DNA of 64,000 nucleotides from Azolla caroliniana (taxonomy: Eukaryota; Plantae; Polypodiophyta), in assembly GCA_043228905.1 (NCBI GenBank), contig JBHGNT010000015.1:10726001-10790000 (forward strand). Direction: 5' to 3'. This document shows, one piece after another, positions 61,207-64,000 of this stretch (the first letter of the stretch is position 1; each line of letters starts with the position of its first letter). Below the pieces are notes generated by a model. That model was not told the origin of the DNA. It did not search any database and saw only the letters and a program-made list of their open reading frames with translations. The position numbers and the translations under genes are program-made.

Positions 61207-64000
61207 GCATGAAGTCTAATAGACTACCAATGCATCGACCATATGATTGCCCGATTGATTTGCAGCCAAGAAAAGAGCCTCCATGCGGGCCAATTTATAA
61301 CCTTTCACCCACAGAGTTAGAGTTTCTTTGAAAATTTATCGATGAGAACCTGGCAAATGGTTTTATCCAACAATCAAGATCTCCTTCTGGTAAACCCATC
61401 TTTTTCTCTAAGAAGAAAGATAGTACGCTTCATATGGTCGTGGATTATTGGGGCTTGAATAAAGAGACTATTTGAAACCGATATGCTCTACCATTGATCT
61501 CAAGATTGCTAGAACGCCATAGTGGAGCAAAATAGTTCACGACGTTAGATCTTCGAGGTGCCTACAACCTTGTTCGAATTCATCCTTGGGATGAATGAAA
61601 GACTGCTTTCCGCACTCACTATGGCCATTTTGAGTATACAGTGATGCCATTTGGTCTCACAAATGCACCAACAGTTTTCCAACATATGACGAATGACATT
61701 TTTTGAAACTTCCTCGATATCTTCATCATAGTTTACATGGATGATATCTTGATCTACTCAAAAACTCAAGAGGAGCATGAGATACACGTTCGCCAAGTTT
61801 TGTTGCGGTTGCGAGAATATGGTCTCTATGCAAAATTGGAGAAGTGTAGTTTTGACCAGTGTCAAGTGGAATTTTCGGGGTACATAGTCTCTTAAAATGG
61901 TATCTCTATGGATCCATCAAAGGTTCAAACAATTATGGATTGGCAAACACCATAGTCTGTGCGAGATGTACCTTTTTTTTTGGGGTTCGCAAAATTTTAT
62001 CGCAAGTTCATCAAAGATTGTATTGCCCCTCACTCAACTGACGCAAAAGAATCGACCATTTGTATGGAGTACAAAGGCGAACTGTGCATTTGAGGGTTTA
62101 AAGCAAGCGTTTACATCTGCACCAATTTTAATGCATGTCGATCCAATGAGGCGATGTATACTGGAAGTTGATGCATCTGATTTCGCACTCGAAAGCGTAC
62201 CATCCCAGATTAGTGATGATGGCAAACTGCACTCTATGGCTTTTCACTCACGGAAATTTGAAGCCACAGAAATCAACTATGAGATTCACGACAAAGAGCT
62301 TCTTGCCATTGTGGATTCTTTTCAACAATGGCATCATTTTTTGGAGGGTTCTTCTCAATAGATTATTGTCTACAATGATCACAAAAATCTAACATACTTC
62401 CGAAGTGCTCGAGTCTTGAATCGTCGACAAGCTCGTTGGGTGCAGTTCTTAACTCGTTTTGATTTCGTAATTCTGTATCGCCCTGGGATGCATGCAACAA
62501 GGAAAAGTAGATGCTTTATCCCGATGTTCGTATATGGAACTTCAACCAGGAGAGGTCACATTTGAAAGTCAGAAGCAAGTCCTCTTAGGTCCTGATCGTC
62601 TATGACTAATGGCAATGAATACTATCAACACATCGGGAGACTCGAGACTTCTTGATTCCATTCGGGAGCATATTGTGACCAATGCATTCACCCAAAAGAT
62701 TTTGAACCATATTATCCCAGATCATGCTTCTTGCTCCCAATCTCAAAATCCTTGTCGAGACTACACCTAGTTCAGTTGGAATGATGGTTTACTTTCTCGA
62801 CAAACTCTCTTGTATGTGCCTGATAGTCCTTCTCGACTCGAAGTCGTGCAACAATGTCATGACACACCAATGGTTGGACATGTTGGCATCCACAACACGT
62901 TTGAGTTGATTTCTCGCCGATATTGGTGGCCACGCCTTCGCAATTTTGTTACAAATTATGTTCGTAGTTGTGATACATGTTGTTGATCAAAAAAGTCTCG
63001 ACATCATCCATATGGCTTATTACAGCCAATGCCTATTCCCGAGAGCCCATGGAAATCTATTTCCTGGGACTTTATTACGGATCTTCCACCTTCCAAGGGT
63101 TTTGATTCTATTCTCATGGTAGTAGATCGTTTTACGAAGATGCCACATTTCCTTCCATGCACGAAGACCATTACTAGCCAAGAGACAGTTGATTTACTCA
63201 TTCGGGAGGTGTTTCGCCATCACGGTCTTCCAGATGATATTATCAGCGATCAGGGTCCCCAATTCATCTCAAAATTTTGGCAGCACATGTTCAAACTCTT
63301 ACATACTTCTTGTAAACTCTCTTTCGGATACCATCTAGAGACTAATGGGCAAAGTGAGCGCACCAACCAAACAGTCGAACAATATCTTCATTGTTTTGTC
63401 AACTATCAACAAGATGATTGGGTTGATCTATTACATTTGGTGGAATTTGCTTACAACAACTCCGAACATTCTTCTACTAGATATTCCCCATTTTTTGCGA
63501 ACATTGGGCACCATTCTTGTTGGACAATGCTTGAACATCCCGAACTTCCGACAAACCTGACTGCTAAAGATCGTCTCACCCGACTCCAAGAAGTTCAGGA
63601 TATACTTTTGCACCATTTATGTGATGTTCAAACCACTCACAAGAAGATTGTTGACCGTCATCGGTGTGATTCGTTGACTACATTTCAAGTAGGAGATCGA
63701 GTATGGCTCTTACAAGGTAGCATTAAAACCACCGGACCTTGCTACAAACTGGATTAGCAACGTTTCGGCCCATTTGTGATCTCTGGTAAGATCAATGATG
63801 TGACATTTCTCCTTGATCTTCCTCCTCATGTGTCTTCACCCAGTCTTCCATGTTTCACTTTTGGAGCCCTACACACCAAGCTAAATTCCGGGTCGTCTTA
63901 CACCACCCCCACCTCCAATCGAAGTTTCCAATGGCTCTGAATATGAGGTTGCTACCATTCTCGACCCCAAGATCATCTTGCTAATGCCTCTGACATTGTT
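61207..64000 (+). mobile_element. Ty3/Gypsy chromovirus (Tcn1-like) pol: RT-RH-INT-chromodomain, degenerate
   Basis: LPMHRPYDCPIDL; [12 protein letters not shown] (~61731); RH DASDFA and NYEIHDKELLAIV; INT PWKSISWDFITDLP and SDQGPQF; chromodomain start PPPPIEVSNGSEYEVATILD. Confidence 0.9.

Overview
Eukaryotic land-plant DNA, probably a non-seed plant given the Tcn1-like chromovirus and the Copia lineages present (inference). Most of the window is a nested pile of decayed LTR retrotransposons: at least three Ty1/Copia families (A, a CCGG-rich B, and C/D/E), three Ty3/Gypsy fragments, solo LTRs, a LINE ORF1 fragment and a hAT-type non-autonomous element. The only intact host gene is a 5-exon remorin (11828-13121, +, 207 aa) with an ABRE cluster upstream. 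Main unusual signals: (1) an intron-containing, decayed bacterial-type beta-class N6-adenine/N4-cytosine DNA methyltransferase gene (34754-36460, -), possibly cargo of a Sola-like DNA transposon whose transposase relic lies divergently at about 57 kb; (2) a solo-LTR family with 4-bp CG-centred target duplications and an internal tRNA-like Pol III promoter; (3) two Copia copies sharing the same RT/RNase H deletion. Family labels A, B, C/D/E and X are my own. Element boundaries were read by eye and may be off by a few bases.
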